Origin: Myxococcota bacterium
GTDB lineage: Bacteria; Myxococcota_A; Polyangia; Nannocystales; Nannocystaceae
Length of the DNA: 64,000 nucleotides
Direction of reading: 5' to 3'
Assembly: GCA_039028615.1 (NCBI GenBank)
Contig: JBCCHT010000012.1
Location: 1-64,000 of the forward strand
Shown: one piece after another, positions 28,167-37,757 of the stretch
Layout: every line of letters begins with the position of its first letter
How positions within the stretch are numbered: the first letter of the stretch is position 1
Notes under the pieces: generated by a model
Database searches by the model: none
What the model was told of the DNA's origin: nothing
Seen by the model: only the letters and a program-made list of their open reading frames with translations
Made by a program: the position numbers and the translations under genes

Positions 28167-29252
28167 TCAGCCTTCGGCCGTTTCCTCGGCCGCGGGTGCA
28201 GGCGCGGGCGCGGCTTGCTGCGTGGCCTCGGCGCTGCTGGCTGCGGCGGCAGCCTGCTGCTGCGCGATGGCGGCCGCGCTGCCCTCGATTTCCATGCGGG
28301 TCCGAACCTCTTCGAGGATCTTGCCCGCCGCCGGCCGCAAGGTGACCAGCATGAAGTCGTAGACGTCGAGCATGTCCTTGGGCACGTGGTTGGCGTTGGT
28401 CAGCGTGTCGCGGACCGTGCGGCACATGGTGAGGATGCGGGTGTAGACGCGCCCCTCGGGCTTCGAGGAGTAGCGCAGCCGGGGGTAGGCCCACTGCGCC
28501 TGCTTGGCCAGCAGGGTGGGCCGCACCGCGACGTGAGCCTCGGGCTGCACCAGCGCGGGGATGGCCGACGTGAGCGGCCACGAAAGCTGCTTGCGCCCCG
28601 CCTCGAGCAGGGTGCGGCAGTACTCGTCGAAGCGCGGCTCGTAGTCGCCGCTGCCGTACAGCACGCTCCGCAGCGCATGCGACAGCGAGGCGCTGGGCTG
28701 GGCCCGCGCGACCGGCTCGGCCTGCGCCCGGGTGACCAAGTCGGTGCCGTGCACGATGTCCGTGATCCGCTTGAGGATCTCGGCGTGGTCGCCCGCCCCG
28801 ATCAGCTCGTTGAGCGCGTCCGGGGACAGCAGCTCTTGGGCGTTGAACGAGGCCGCATCGCGATGACGCTTGAGCCGACGCGAGACGCCCTCGCCGCGGT
28901 GACCGTTCTTCCACTCGTTGCCGGCGAAACTCTCGGCGTACTGCTCGAGGAAGACCTCGAGCTGCTCCTCGAAGGTCAGGCGCTCCTCTTCCTGGCTTCC
29001 GTCGCCTTTGCCCAAGCCGGCGGCACGCCCCAGCTTGGCCATGAGCGTCGCCGCGTTCTCCGGCAGTTGCTCGGGCTCTTCGAGGAACTTGTAAAATGCC
29101 TCGGCGAACACGCGCTGCGTACCGTCTTCAAACTGGTACCCGCGCTTGCCGTCGCGCTCCCAGGTCATGACGGCGAGCCCCCACTGCTTGCGCTTGACGT
29201 GGTGGTACAGCCGGTCGCCGGGTTGCGGGGCAGAGTCCTCAGTGGTGCTCAT
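28167..29252 (-). CDS. Hypothetical protein: small SH3-like (DUF3553-like) domain plus helical domain
   Basis: HHVKRKQWGLAV N-domain; FLEQY..SF, W.LT...AL..P, Y...P....Y, DMLDVYDFM. Confidence 0.65.
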   Translation of the reverse strand: MSTTEDSAPQPGDRLYHHVKRKQWGLAVMTWERDGKRGYQFEDGTQRVFAEAFYKFLEEPEQLPENAATLMAKLGRAAGLGKGDGSQEEERLTFEEQLEVFLEQYAESFAGNEWKNGHRGEGVSRRLKRHRDAASFNAQELLSPDALNELIGAGDHAEILKRITDIVHGTDLVTRAQAEPVARAQPSASLSHALRSVLYGSGDYEPRFDEYCRTLLEAGRKQLSWPLTSAIPALVQPEAHVAVRPTLLAKQAQWAYPRLRYSSKPEGRVYTRILTMCRTVRDTLTNANHVPKDMLDVYDFMLVTLRPAAGKILEEVRTRMEIEGSAAAIAQQQAAAAASSAEATQQAAPAPAPAAEETAEG

Positions 29253-29570
29253 TCAGCTTCCTCGTCGAAGGTCGTCGGTCGATCCGTGAGGCTCGGCCGT
29301 TTGGCTTCGGGGTAGGCGAAACCGCTGGTCACGCCACCCGAGTTGGTTCGCGTCCGGGCGAGCGCGACACCGTGTGAAGTCGTCGGAGGCTACCACGGCC
29401 CCCAAATGCCCGCAAACGCACGATTTGCTCCCTTTTTCGGCCTTTTAGCCCGCTGCCGGGCCCCGCGAACGAGGGCGATCACACACGGCAGGGGCCGCTC
29501 GGAGGCGCCCCGAAGCACGCACGGAGAGCGACCCGCGCACCCCATTTTGAGGTGAAATCGGACCACGATC

Positions 29571-30776
29571 ATGGACCGCGTGCTTGCCCCCGGGGACCGT
29601 TTCGGGCCCTACCTCGTCCAGAAAGTTCTGGGCTGCGGCGGATTCGCTGCGGTGTACCGAGTCGACGCTCCCGACAAACCCGAGCCGCTCGCGCTCAAGC
29701 TGTCGCTGCGCCCGGTGCTCGACCCCGCGACCGCCCGTCGTTCCCTGCGGGAGATCTCGATCCTTCGCAGCCTGACCAACACGCACGTCGTGCGCATCCA
29801 CGAGGCGGGTCGCGACGAGGACGGGCACGTGTTCCTGCTGATGGACGAGCTCGACGGGGCGCAGCTCGACATGTGGCACGACTTCGACACGCCCATGCCT
29901 CCGGGACAAGCGCTGTGGGTCGCGCACCAAGCCTGCCTCGGCCTGGCCGAAGCCCACGCCCGCGGCATCGTGCACCGCGACATCAAGCCCGAGAACTTGT
30001 GGGTCGAGCCGGATCAGAACGTCAAGGTGATCGACTTCGGGCTCGCCCGCGCCTGGGATGCAGCCAGCACGATCGGCGTGGGCGTGACCCTGGGCGGCAT
30101 GCTGGTCGGCACGCCGCGCTACATCCAGCCGGAGCAGATCACGGGCGCTCCGCTCACCCCCGCCAGCGACGTCTATAGCCTCACCACCATCTTGTACGAG
30201 CTGCTCACCGGGCACAGCGTGTACTTCGCCGACCGCCCCTTCTCCGAGGTCCGCGAGGCCTATCGCGACGAACCGGTGGCGTGGATCCGCGGGCATGTGC
30301 GCGAGGCGGTGGTGCCCCTCGAGCGCTACCCGGCGGGCGCTGCCCTGCCCGAGTCGCTGCGCGAGCTGATCTATCGGGGCCTGCACAAGGACCCCGAGCA
30401 GCGCCCCACCGACGCCCGCGAGCTCGCCAACGCGCTGGGCGAAGTGCTGCACTACGAGCTGGGGGCCGTGCTCGGAGCCACGCTCCGCGTCGTGTACCCC
30501 TACGGCGGCGACGAGGACTTGTTGGTCTTGCCGGGCAGTCACCGCATCGGTCGCGGCACGCACTGCGAGGTGCGGCTGCCCGCCGAGTCGGTCGCCGAGG
30601 AGCACGCCGTCCTCGAGTGGGCCGGCGCGCCCGACCTGCCCGAGCTCCACCCCATGCGCAACGACGGCTCGGTGAAGATCGACGGCACCGCGGTCACCCA
30701 GCGCTGCCCCGTGCCGCGCGGCGCGAGCATCGAGATCGAAGGCTACGCCCTTTCGATCACCTACCCCGAGGACTGA
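29571..30776 (+). CDS. Ser/Thr protein kinase with C-terminal FHA-like domain
   Basis: GCGGFAAVY, ALK, HRDIKPEN, DFGLA, GTPRYIQPE; IGRG..CEVRL...V..EHA. Confidence 0.92.
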   Translation: MDRVLAPGDRFGPYLVQKVLGCGGFAAVYRVDAPDKPEPLALKLSLRPVLDPATARRSLREISILRSLTNTHVVRIHEAGRDEDGHVFLLMDELDGAQLDMWHDFDTPMPPGQALWVAHQACLGLAEAHARGIVHRDIKPENLWVEPDQNVKVIDFGLARAWDAASTIGVGVTLGGMLVGTPRYIQPEQITGAPLTPASDVYSLTTILYELLTGHSVYFADRPFSEVREAYRDEPVAWIRGHVREAVVPLERYPAGAALPESLRELIYRGLHKDPEQRPTDARELANALGEVLHYELGAVLGATLRVVYPYGGDEDLLVLPGSHRIGRGTHCEVRLPAESVAEEHAVLEWAGAPDLPELHPMRNDGSVKIDGTAVTQRCPVPRGASIEIEGYALSITYPED

Positions 30777-30848
30777 TCGGTTCGACAACGGTACGGCTGC
30801 GGCGCCCCGTCGCGACCCGGCGATCCGTTATAGTCGTGCCCGAGACCG

Positions 30849-31955
30849 ATGAACGTGGACAGCGACATCCTTCACGAGCCGCTCGCCCAGGCGACCGGTG
30901 CCCGCGCCTGCGGAGCCAAACGCGGCCTGGCCAGCCTCGGCGGCAAGATCGAGGGCGCCCGCCTCGAGCGAATCCAAGACTCGCCGCATTTCGACGGCAA
31001 TCGGTTCGTGAACCCGGTGGAGACCGCCCTGGCCAAGCCGAGCCTGGGCTTGATGTGGAAGTACCTGTTCGATCGCAACGAGCGTGAGCCCGTCGATCCC
31101 TTCCCGCTGCTCAACCCCGACCCCGCCTCGCTCGTCGCGGGCAAGGGCGAGGCGCTGCGCGTGACCTGGCTCGGCCACAGCACCGTGCTGCTCGAGATCG
31201 ACGGACGCCTCGTCCTCACCGATCCCGTGTTCGGGCCGCGAGCTGCCCCCGTGTCGTGGATGGGCCCCAAGCGCTTCCACCCCGTGCCCATCGAGCCGGA
31301 GCAGCTGCCCCCGCTCGACCTCATCGTCGTCTCCCACGATCACTACGACCACCTCGATTTCCCCACCATCTCTCGGCTCGCCCATCGCGAGACGCGGTGG
31401 GTGACCTCGCTGGGCGTCGGGGCCCACCTCGAAGCCTGGGGCGTACCGCCCGAGAACATCACCGAGCTGGGCTGGTGGGAAGAAGCCGACATCGGTGGAC
31501 TCCAGGTCGTCGCGACCCCGTGCCGTCACTTCTCTGGGCGGGGCCCCGGCACCGCCACCGCGACCTTCTGGTCGAGCTGGGCACTGCGCGGGCCGAAGCA
31601 CTCGGTCTGGTTTTCCGGCGACACCGGACCCTGGGACGAAGGTTTTGCGGAGATCGGCGAGCGCTTCGGCGGCTTCGACCTCAGCATGATCGAGGTCGGC
31701 GCCTGGAACCCGGCGTGGGGCAGCATTCACCTCGGCCCCGAGAAGGCGATGCGGGTCCACGAACAGGTCCGCGCCAAGACGATGATGCCCGTGCACTGGG
31801 GCACCTTCAGCCTCGCGCTGCACGACTGGGATCAGCCGATTCGCCACGTCATGGACCTGGCCGAGACCGCGGGCGCGCAGATTTTGTCTCCCATGATGGG
31901 GGCCACCGTGCACCGCGAGTCGGGTGTCGACGCCTACTGGCTCGGCCGTCGCTGA
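30849..31955 (+). CDS. MBL-fold hydrolase (NAPE-PLD/RomA-like)
   Basis: TWLGHST, LTDPVF, SHDHYDHLD, RHFSGR, FSGDTG, PVHWGTF. Confidence 0.92.
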   Translation: MNVDSDILHEPLAQATGARACGAKRGLASLGGKIEGARLERIQDSPHFDGNRFVNPVETALAKPSLGLMWKYLFDRNEREPVDPFPLLNPDPASLVAGKGEALRVTWLGHSTVLLEIDGRLVLTDPVFGPRAAPVSWMGPKRFHPVPIEPEQLPPLDLIVVSHDHYDHLDFPTISRLAHRETRWVTSLGVGAHLEAWGVPPENITELGWWEEADIGGLQVVATPCRHFSGRGPGTATATFWSSWALRGPKHSVWFSGDTGPWDEGFAEIGERFGGFDLSMIEVGAWNPAWGSIHLGPEKAMRVHEQVRAKTMMPVHWGTFSLALHDWDQPIRHVMDLAETAGAQILSPMMGATVHRESGVDAYWLGRR

Positions 31956-32054
31956 TCGGCCGAACTCGCAGCGGGGCGGCACGACGCTCGTCGGGGCCGA
32001 CCTCGTCGCGAGTTTGGTTCGAGGGCTGATGCGGGCGCTGGCTACCGCCCGCTC

Positions 32055-32435
32055 TCAGCTCGGCGGGCAGGGCTCTTCGGGCTGTTCCCCGACGTCCTCG
32101 CCATCGCCCCCACCTTCGTCATCGTCGTCGTGCCAGTAATCGTCGTCGTCGTCCCAGTAGTCGTCATCGTCATCCCAGGAATCGTCGTCGTCGTCCCAGT
32201 AATCGTCGTCGTCGTCCCAGTAATCGTCGTCGTCGTCCCAGTAATCGTCGTCGTCGTCCCAGTAATCGTCGTCGTCATCCCAGAAGTCGTCGTCATCATC
32301 GACGACGCCGTCATCGTCGTCGTCGTCGTCGTCGCCAACGATGACTTCGCAGGTCACGTGACAGCTGAACCGGGCGACGCTGAACCCTACGAAGCCGATC
32401 AGGCACAAGCGCGCGAGGGGACCGAGCCGAGCCAT
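32055..32435 (-). CDS. Small exported Asp-rich repeat protein (DDDDD[YFS]W x8)
   Basis: Signal-like N-terminus with Cys residues; repeat variation is mostly synonymous GAC/GAT or TAC-preserving in this frame. Confidence 0.75.
   Translation of the reverse strand: MARLGPLARLCLIGFVGFSVARFSCHVTCEVIVGDDDDDDDDGVVDDDDDFWDDDDDYWDDDDDYWDDDDDYWDDDDDYWDDDDDSWDDDDDYWDDDDDYWHDDDDEGGGDGEDVGEQPEEPCPPS
32133..32300. repeat. 21-bp tandem repeat, 8 copies
   Basis: Consensus CCAGTAATCGTCGTCGTCGTC, head-to-tail with no spacers. Confidence 0.95.
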
Positions 32436-32677
32436 GCGATCCTTTACCACGTGCTCTGCGCAGAGCCTGTTCCGATCGGTCGAGAAAAAACTTCGACCCG
32501 ATGAATGAAAAAGGCCGAGGTCGTCATCCCATTACTGTCGGGGTTCGCTCCCACGACATCTCATAGTGCATGCAGTGGCCGAACCGCACGATGAGCGCGA
32601 GCAGGCGAGACTGAGACCACGAGCCCGACCTCGCCTCACCTGATCGTTCAGACAGCACGGATTGGAAGCGCAGCCGC

Positions 32678-34030
32678 TCACTTCGACGACGCCGCCGCTC
32701 GGACCGACTCGCCCAACACCTGCACGAGCGTGTCGGCTTCCTCCGTCGACAGCACCAAGGGCGGTGCGAAGAGCATGTGGTCTCCCTGCGTCAGCTCCAC
32801 CGTGCCTCGACCGGCGTAGGTCACCACCCCGCGCTCGAGCGCTTCGGCCTGCACGCGCTTGCCGAACATCCGCGACGGCTCGAAGGGCGCCTTCGTGGCC
32901 TGGTCCGCGACGAACTCCACCCCGAGGAACAAGCCCCGCCCCCGCACGTCACCGACCCACGGCAGCTCGCGCAAGGTCTCCAGTCCCGCCCGCAAGTGTT
33001 CGCCGACCGTGCGCGCGCGCTCCACCAACGCGTGCGCTTCGATGTAGTCGAGCACCGCGTGCCCCACCGCCGCCGCCAGCGGAATGCAGCAATAGGTCTG
33101 TCCGCTCCAGAACGGCTCGCCGCTCGCTCGAATCGGCTCGAGCACGCGGTCGTGGGCAATCACGGCCCCCAGGGGTAGGTAGCCGCCGCTGATCCCCTTG
33201 GCGCAGGCCAGGATGTCCGCGTGGGTACCGAAGTGCTCCGCACCGAACCGTAGACCGGTGCGACCGAAGCCGGTCATGACCTCGTCGGCGATCATCACGA
33301 TGTCGTGCGCCCGACAGATCGCGGCCATCCGCTCGAAGTACCGCCGGGTCGGAGCCACCGCGCCCAAGGCCGCGCCCACGACCGGCTCCGCCACGAACGC
33401 CACGATCTCGTCGGGGTGCTGGCCCACCAGGGTCTCGAACTGCTCGACGAGCTGGTCTTCGTACTCCGACTCGCTCATCGACTCCGGCCGCCGATAGGGA
33501 AAGCACGGCGACACGTGCAGATGGCCCACCATCAGGTCGGTATAGAAGCTGCGCCGCACCTGCATGCCGCCCAGGTCGAGCGCGGTGATCGAGTTGCCGT
33601 GGTAGCTGCCCCAGCGGCCCACGATCCGTCGCCGCGTCGTTCGCCCCTTGGCGCGGTGGTACTGAAACGCCAGCTTCACCGCGTTTTCGATCGCCTCGGT
33701 GCCGCCGCTGATCGTCCACGCCCGGTTGAAGCCCTCGGGCGCGAAGCCAGCGAGGCGCTCGAGGTAGCCCTCGAGGACCGGGCTGTGAAACACGTGGGTG
33801 GGGTGCACGGCCAGGGTCTTGGCCTGGCTCGCCAGCACCTCGGCGATCTCCTCGACCCCGTGCCCGATGTTGGTGACCGCCGCGGTGCAGCCGCTCGCGT
33901 CGAGATACGCGCGGCCGCGATCGTCGAAGAGCTGGGCGCCCTTGCCCGACACGATCATCGGGTACTGCGCCTCGTAGTCGGCACAGATGAGCTGCGAGTT
34001 GATGATGTGGCGCGGAGCGGGACCGGACAT
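32678..34030 (-). CDS. Class III PLP-dependent aminotransferase
   Basis: YLDAS, SGGTEAIENAVKLA, SYHG, FVAEP, ADEVMTGFGRTG, AKGISGGY, VRGRGL. Confidence 0.95.
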   Translation of the reverse strand: MSGPAPRHIINSQLICADYEAQYPMIVSGKGAQLFDDRGRAYLDASGCTAAVTNIGHGVEEIAEVLASQAKTLAVHPTHVFHSPVLEGYLERLAGFAPEGFNRAWTISGGTEAIENAVKLAFQYHRAKGRTTRRRIVGRWGSYHGNSITALDLGGMQVRRSFYTDLMVGHLHVSPCFPYRRPESMSESEYEDQLVEQFETLVGQHPDEIVAFVAEPVVGAALGAVAPTRRYFERMAAICRAHDIVMIADEVMTGFGRTGLRFGAEHFGTHADILACAKGISGGYLPLGAVIAHDRVLEPIRASGEPFWSGQTYCCIPLAAAVGHAVLDYIEAHALVERARTVGEHLRAGLETLRELPWVGDVRGRGLFLGVEFVADQATKAPFEPSRMFGKRVQAEALERGVVTYAGRGTVELTQGDHMLFAPPLVLSTEEADTLVQVLGESVRAAASSK

Positions 34031-34102
34031 ACCAGCCCCTTCATACAACGAAGGGGCGGACCCTACGGCCCGCCCCCTGGACGAAAGGACCAAACCTCGA
34101 AG

Positions 34103-34843
34103 CTAGAACCGCATGGACACTCCCACCTGGCCACCACCGCGAGTGGGGGCCGCGGCGAAGGTCAAATCACGCTTGAATCGGCGATGCCGGGCTCCGCCCA
34201 CGATGGCCATGCCCAGGCCGACCGCCTGCGCGACACCGAGGGTCGTGGTGAGCAGGGCGCCCGTGGCCGAGCGAGAGTGGAACGCGGCAATGAAGGGGCC
34301 GGCCACCGGGATCACCATCGAGTAGCCGTAGTTCCGCATGCGACCGGGGGACGTCGAGTCGATGGTGATGGTGCCGATGAGCGCCGAGACGCCGTACACC
34401 GAGCCCAAGGTCGCCCACCCGGCGTTGCGAAGACTGCGAGCGCGGTTGACCTCGGCGACCTTGCGAAGTCGGGCGAGCTCGGCCTTCGAGGGGGCGGCCA
34501 TCGTCTGCGGGGTCATGGCGACCTGCACCTGAGCCGGCATGGTGACGGTGGCAGGCACGGTGGCGACCGTGGTGGGGGCGGGCGTGGCCACGACCGGAGC
34601 GGGCGCGGGGGCGACCACGGCGGGGGCCGGAGCCGGAGCCGGAGTCGACGCGACGGTGTTGTTCACCACGATGACCGGGTTGCCGTCGGCGGCACGCGCC
34701 TCGGTGGTCGTGGTCGTGGTAGCGGGAGCCGGGGCGGGAGCCACCGCGGGCGCGGCGAACGCGACATTGGCGCACAGCGACACGAACCCACCCAGGGCCA
34801 GGGTGACGATGCGGGACGAAACGGACGGGCGGGGACGGTTCAT
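34103..34843 (-). CDS. Hypothetical secreted/membrane protein with Pro/Ala/Thr-rich linker
   Basis: Signal peptide (AFA), IPVAGPF motif, C-terminal GVSMRF. Confidence 0.7.
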   Translation of the reverse strand: MNRPRPSVSSRIVTLALGGFVSLCANVAFAAPAVAPAPAPATTTTTTEARAADGNPVIVVNNTVASTPAPAPAPAVVAPAPAPVVATPAPTTVATVPATVTMPAQVQVAMTPQTMAAPSKAELARLRKVAEVNRARSLRNAGWATLGSVYGVSALIGTITIDSTSPGRMRNYGYSMVIPVAGPFIAAFHSRSATGALLTTTLGVAQAVGLGMAIVGGARHRRFKRDLTFAAAPTRGGGQVGVSMRF

Positions 34844-35046
34844 CGGGGCCTCCAAGTTCAAGCTCTCGCTTCGGGTTGTGCCCCCCACCCCGCCAACGAT
34901 CACCGGTCGGCAAAAAAAGCCGCCGAGGGCCCAAATCGCCGCCGCGACGCGCCCCCAACGCGTTGTCCGTAAACCGCCAAACCGGCCTCCGGGGGAGCCA
35001 GGACGCCGATTTGCGCCAAACAAGGGCCGGAGAGATAGTCCCCCCC

Positions 35047-37626
35047 ATGCTCGCCGAGCGGATCCCCAACGAGGAGGCGCTTGCGCTCGCCCCCTCCGTG
35101 GGCTGGCTGATGTTCCTGTGCGCGGTCTTCACGGTGGTGATCTTCATCAGCTACCGCGAGGGCTGGCGCCGCCTGTGGCTTCGCACCGAGGATCCGCGAA
35201 CGATGGGTGCCTTCCGCATCGCCTTCGGGCTTTGCGCGATGTGCAACGTCAACGGCCTGTGGGAGCTGTTCGAGTACCTGTTCACCGACGAAGGTCTGTT
35301 CATCACCGACGTCGCCCGACAAGTGTTCGCCCGCGAGCAATTCAAGGGCTTCGGCAACGGCCTCGACGGCGACCCCTACGGCTTCTTCGGCCTCGCCGGG
35401 TTCTGGCAGTGGCTCAAGGGCCCCAAGTACTCGCTGCTCTTTTTCAACAGCACCCCCTCGTTCTTCTGGGCCCACCTGGTGGCCTTCGAGGTGGTGATGG
35501 TGATGTTCATCGTGGGGCTGTGGACCCGCTACACCAAGTGGATCGCTTGGTTTTTGTTCCACAGCATCATCCTGCGCAACACCGTGTACTGGGAGGGCAC
35601 CGAGAACGTCTATCGGTGCTTCTTCTTCTACGTGTGCCTGTCCAAGTGCGGGCACGCCTATAGCGTCGACAACTGGCTGCGCTGCCGTCGGCTCCGAGGG
35701 CGACGCAAGCTGAGCGAGCCGGGGCGCCCGGGCGACGGCGCGGGAGCGGCCCCGGACAACGACCACCCCGAGGGCCTGGCCGCGGTCTACCGCCTGATCC
35801 CCGCGTGGCCGCGGCTTCTGGTCATCCTCCAGTGCGCGGCGCTGTACTGCTACACGGGCGTCGTCAAGAACGGCACCGTCTGGTGGAAGGGCGACGCGTT
35901 CTACTACGCGCTCAACCTCGACCACTTCTATCGGATCCCGCCGCAGTGGCTGTCGTCGGTGTTCGGGACCAACCTGTTCCGGCTCAACTCCCACATCGTG
36001 CACTTTTGGGAGAGCTTCTTTCCCCTGGCCGTGTTCGGCTTGATCGTGCGCTGGGTGCTGCACGAGGACATGCCGAAGATCGGCCGCACCTCGCGACGCA
36101 TCGCGACCTTCGCCTGGGTGGGCCTCGGCCTGTCCGCGCTGGCCGTGTCGATCGTGGCCTACCCCGTGCACTTCGTGCAGCCCCGCAACAGCTGGTTCAC
36201 CCTCGACCGCGTTCGCGGGGTGTTCACGGGCGGATGGCTGACGTTGATGCTGCTGGTGTCCTGGGGCTGGTATCGCCTGCGCTACCGCCCCTTCCGCCCC
36301 ACGCTGCGCGGCCACACCTTCACCCTCGACCTCGACTGGTTCTGCCGCTGGTTCTTCGGGCGACGGGTCTGGGTCTCGCTGGGGCTCATCTTCCACTTCC
36401 ACCTGACCCTGCTGATGAACATCGGGTGGTTCCAGCCCGGGGCCATGGCGGGGTTCATCTGCTTCGTGAGCGGGGCCGAGATGGCCATGCTGCTGACGGT
36501 GATCCGCCGCAGCAGCGCGCGGCGGCTGTCCTTGTTGCCCAAGCGCTGGCGCACCCTGCCCGACCCGATCCCGGCCGAGGACCCCACCCTGCCGCACCTG
36601 CATCGCGACGCGGCCCAGCTGCCGCGCAACGCGATCATCATCGCCGCGCTCGGAGCCATCGCCGGGGTGCCGCTGCAGGTCTACGACGTCCTGCACTTCG
36701 GCTGGACCCTGCTCGGCCTGTTCGCGTTCCTGGCCGGGGCCGCCTGGCGCGAAGCCAGGGCTACCCGCGGCGAGACCCTCGACGTGGTGCCTCGCTACGG
36801 CGCCATCCGGGGCGAGGGCGACGAGGACGAAAAGAGCCCGCGCGGGGCCCTGCGCATGCCGTGGGCCTACGGTCCGCTGGGGCGCTTCCTCATCGGCAGC
36901 CTCACCCTCTATCACGTGGTCGGCGTCGCCTGCTGGCTGCTGCCCGACAAGGACTGCCTGTCGTGGCGCACCCAGACCCACGAGCCCTTCAAGAAGTGGC
37001 TCGAGATGACGCACACCACCCAGGGCTGGCGGATGTTCGCTCCCAACCCGCCGCGCTCCAACATGTTCTTGCGGGTCAAGGTCTACACCAAGGGTGGCGA
37101 CGTCTTCGACATGAACACGGACGTCTATCACCCCTCGCAGCGTCCGAACCCGTGGATCTGGTACACGCGGCAGCGCAAGATCAACCGCCGCATCGCGGGC
37201 AGCGAGGGCGGCCACGGCAGCTGGTACCAAAAATGGCACGCGCGATGGTTCTGCCGACGGTGGATCCTCGAGCACGACGGCGAGGTGCCCGAGAAGGTGG
37301 AGATGTCCAAGATCACCTACTCGATCCCCAGTCCAGAGACGGTGGCGACCAAGGGCCCCTACGACCCCTGGGACCGGCTCGAGAACAAGAGCAAAGAGAA
37401 GGTCATCCACACCGCCTTCTGCGAGGAAGAGGTCGGCGCCCAGCCGGTCAACGTCATCCGCGCCCGCTACGGCCTGGATCCCACCGACAACGTCAAGCGC
37501 TGGAACATGCTGCGCAACAAGAAGCGCCGCTGGGATCGAGACCGCGAGCGCGAGGCCAAGGAAGCCGCCAAGAAGGAGGCCGAGGCCGAAGAGGGCAACA
37601 AGCAGGACGACGCCAAGGCCGACTGA
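35047..37626 (+). CDS. HTTM-domain membrane protein fused to a DUF5819/SdpA-like domain
   Basis: GAFRIAFG, AYSVD.W, WPRLL..LQ...LY..TG..K....WW.GDA, WE..FP, FH.....MNIGWF; C-terminal QGWRMFAPNPP. Confidence 0.8.
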   Translation: MLAERIPNEEALALAPSVGWLMFLCAVFTVVIFISYREGWRRLWLRTEDPRTMGAFRIAFGLCAMCNVNGLWELFEYLFTDEGLFITDVARQVFAREQFKGFGNGLDGDPYGFFGLAGFWQWLKGPKYSLLFFNSTPSFFWAHLVAFEVVMVMFIVGLWTRYTKWIAWFLFHSIILRNTVYWEGTENVYRCFFFYVCLSKCGHAYSVDNWLRCRRLRGRRKLSEPGRPGDGAGAAPDNDHPEGLAAVYRLIPAWPRLLVILQCAALYCYTGVVKNGTVWWKGDAFYYALNLDHFYRIPPQWLSSVFGTNLFRLNSHIVHFWESFFPLAVFGLIVRWVLHEDMPKIGRTSRRIATFAWVGLGLSALAVSIVAYPVHFVQPRNSWFTLDRVRGVFTGGWLTLMLLVSWGWYRLRYRPFRPTLRGHTFTLDLDWFCRWFFGRRVWVSLGLIFHFHLTLLMNIGWFQPGAMAGFICFVSGAEMAMLLTVIRRSSARRLSLLPKRWRTLPDPIPAEDPTLPHLHRDAAQLPRNAIIIAALGAIAGVPLQVYDVLHFGWTLLGLFAFLAGAAWREARATRGETLDVVPRYGAIRGEGDEDEKSPRGALRMPWAYGPLGRFLIGSLTLYHVVGVACWLLPDKDCLSWRTQTHEPFKKWLEMTHTTQGWRMFAPNPPRSNMFLRVKVYTKGGDVFDMNTDVYHPSQRPNPWIWYTRQRKINRRIAGSEGGHGSWYQKWHARWFCRRWILEHDGEVPEKVEMSKITYSIPSPETVATKGPYDPWDRLENKSKEKVIHTAFCEEEVGAQPVNVIRARYGLDPTDNVKRWNMLRNKKRRWDRDREREAKEAAKKEAEAEEGNKQDDAKAD

Positions 37627-37757
37627 GCGTCACCGTCCTTTAGGTCCCGAAAGTCGCGTGGGGCGGCCCGCAAACGCGGACCCGTCCCGCGACAAAACGC
37701 GCTTCCTCGCCACGAGCGCCGGTTCTACGGCGTTCTTTGCTGGTATATATCCGAGCC

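Noticed and set aside
29305..29345. c-di-GMP-I riboswitch-like words (GGCGAAACC...CACGC)
   Set aside because: Lacks the GNRA-capped P2 and P3 architecture; only a simple hairpin is supported
32133..32300. Possible CRISPR array
   Set aside because: Units are head-to-tail 21-mers with no unique spacers, no cas genes are present, and the repeat is in frame within a CDS
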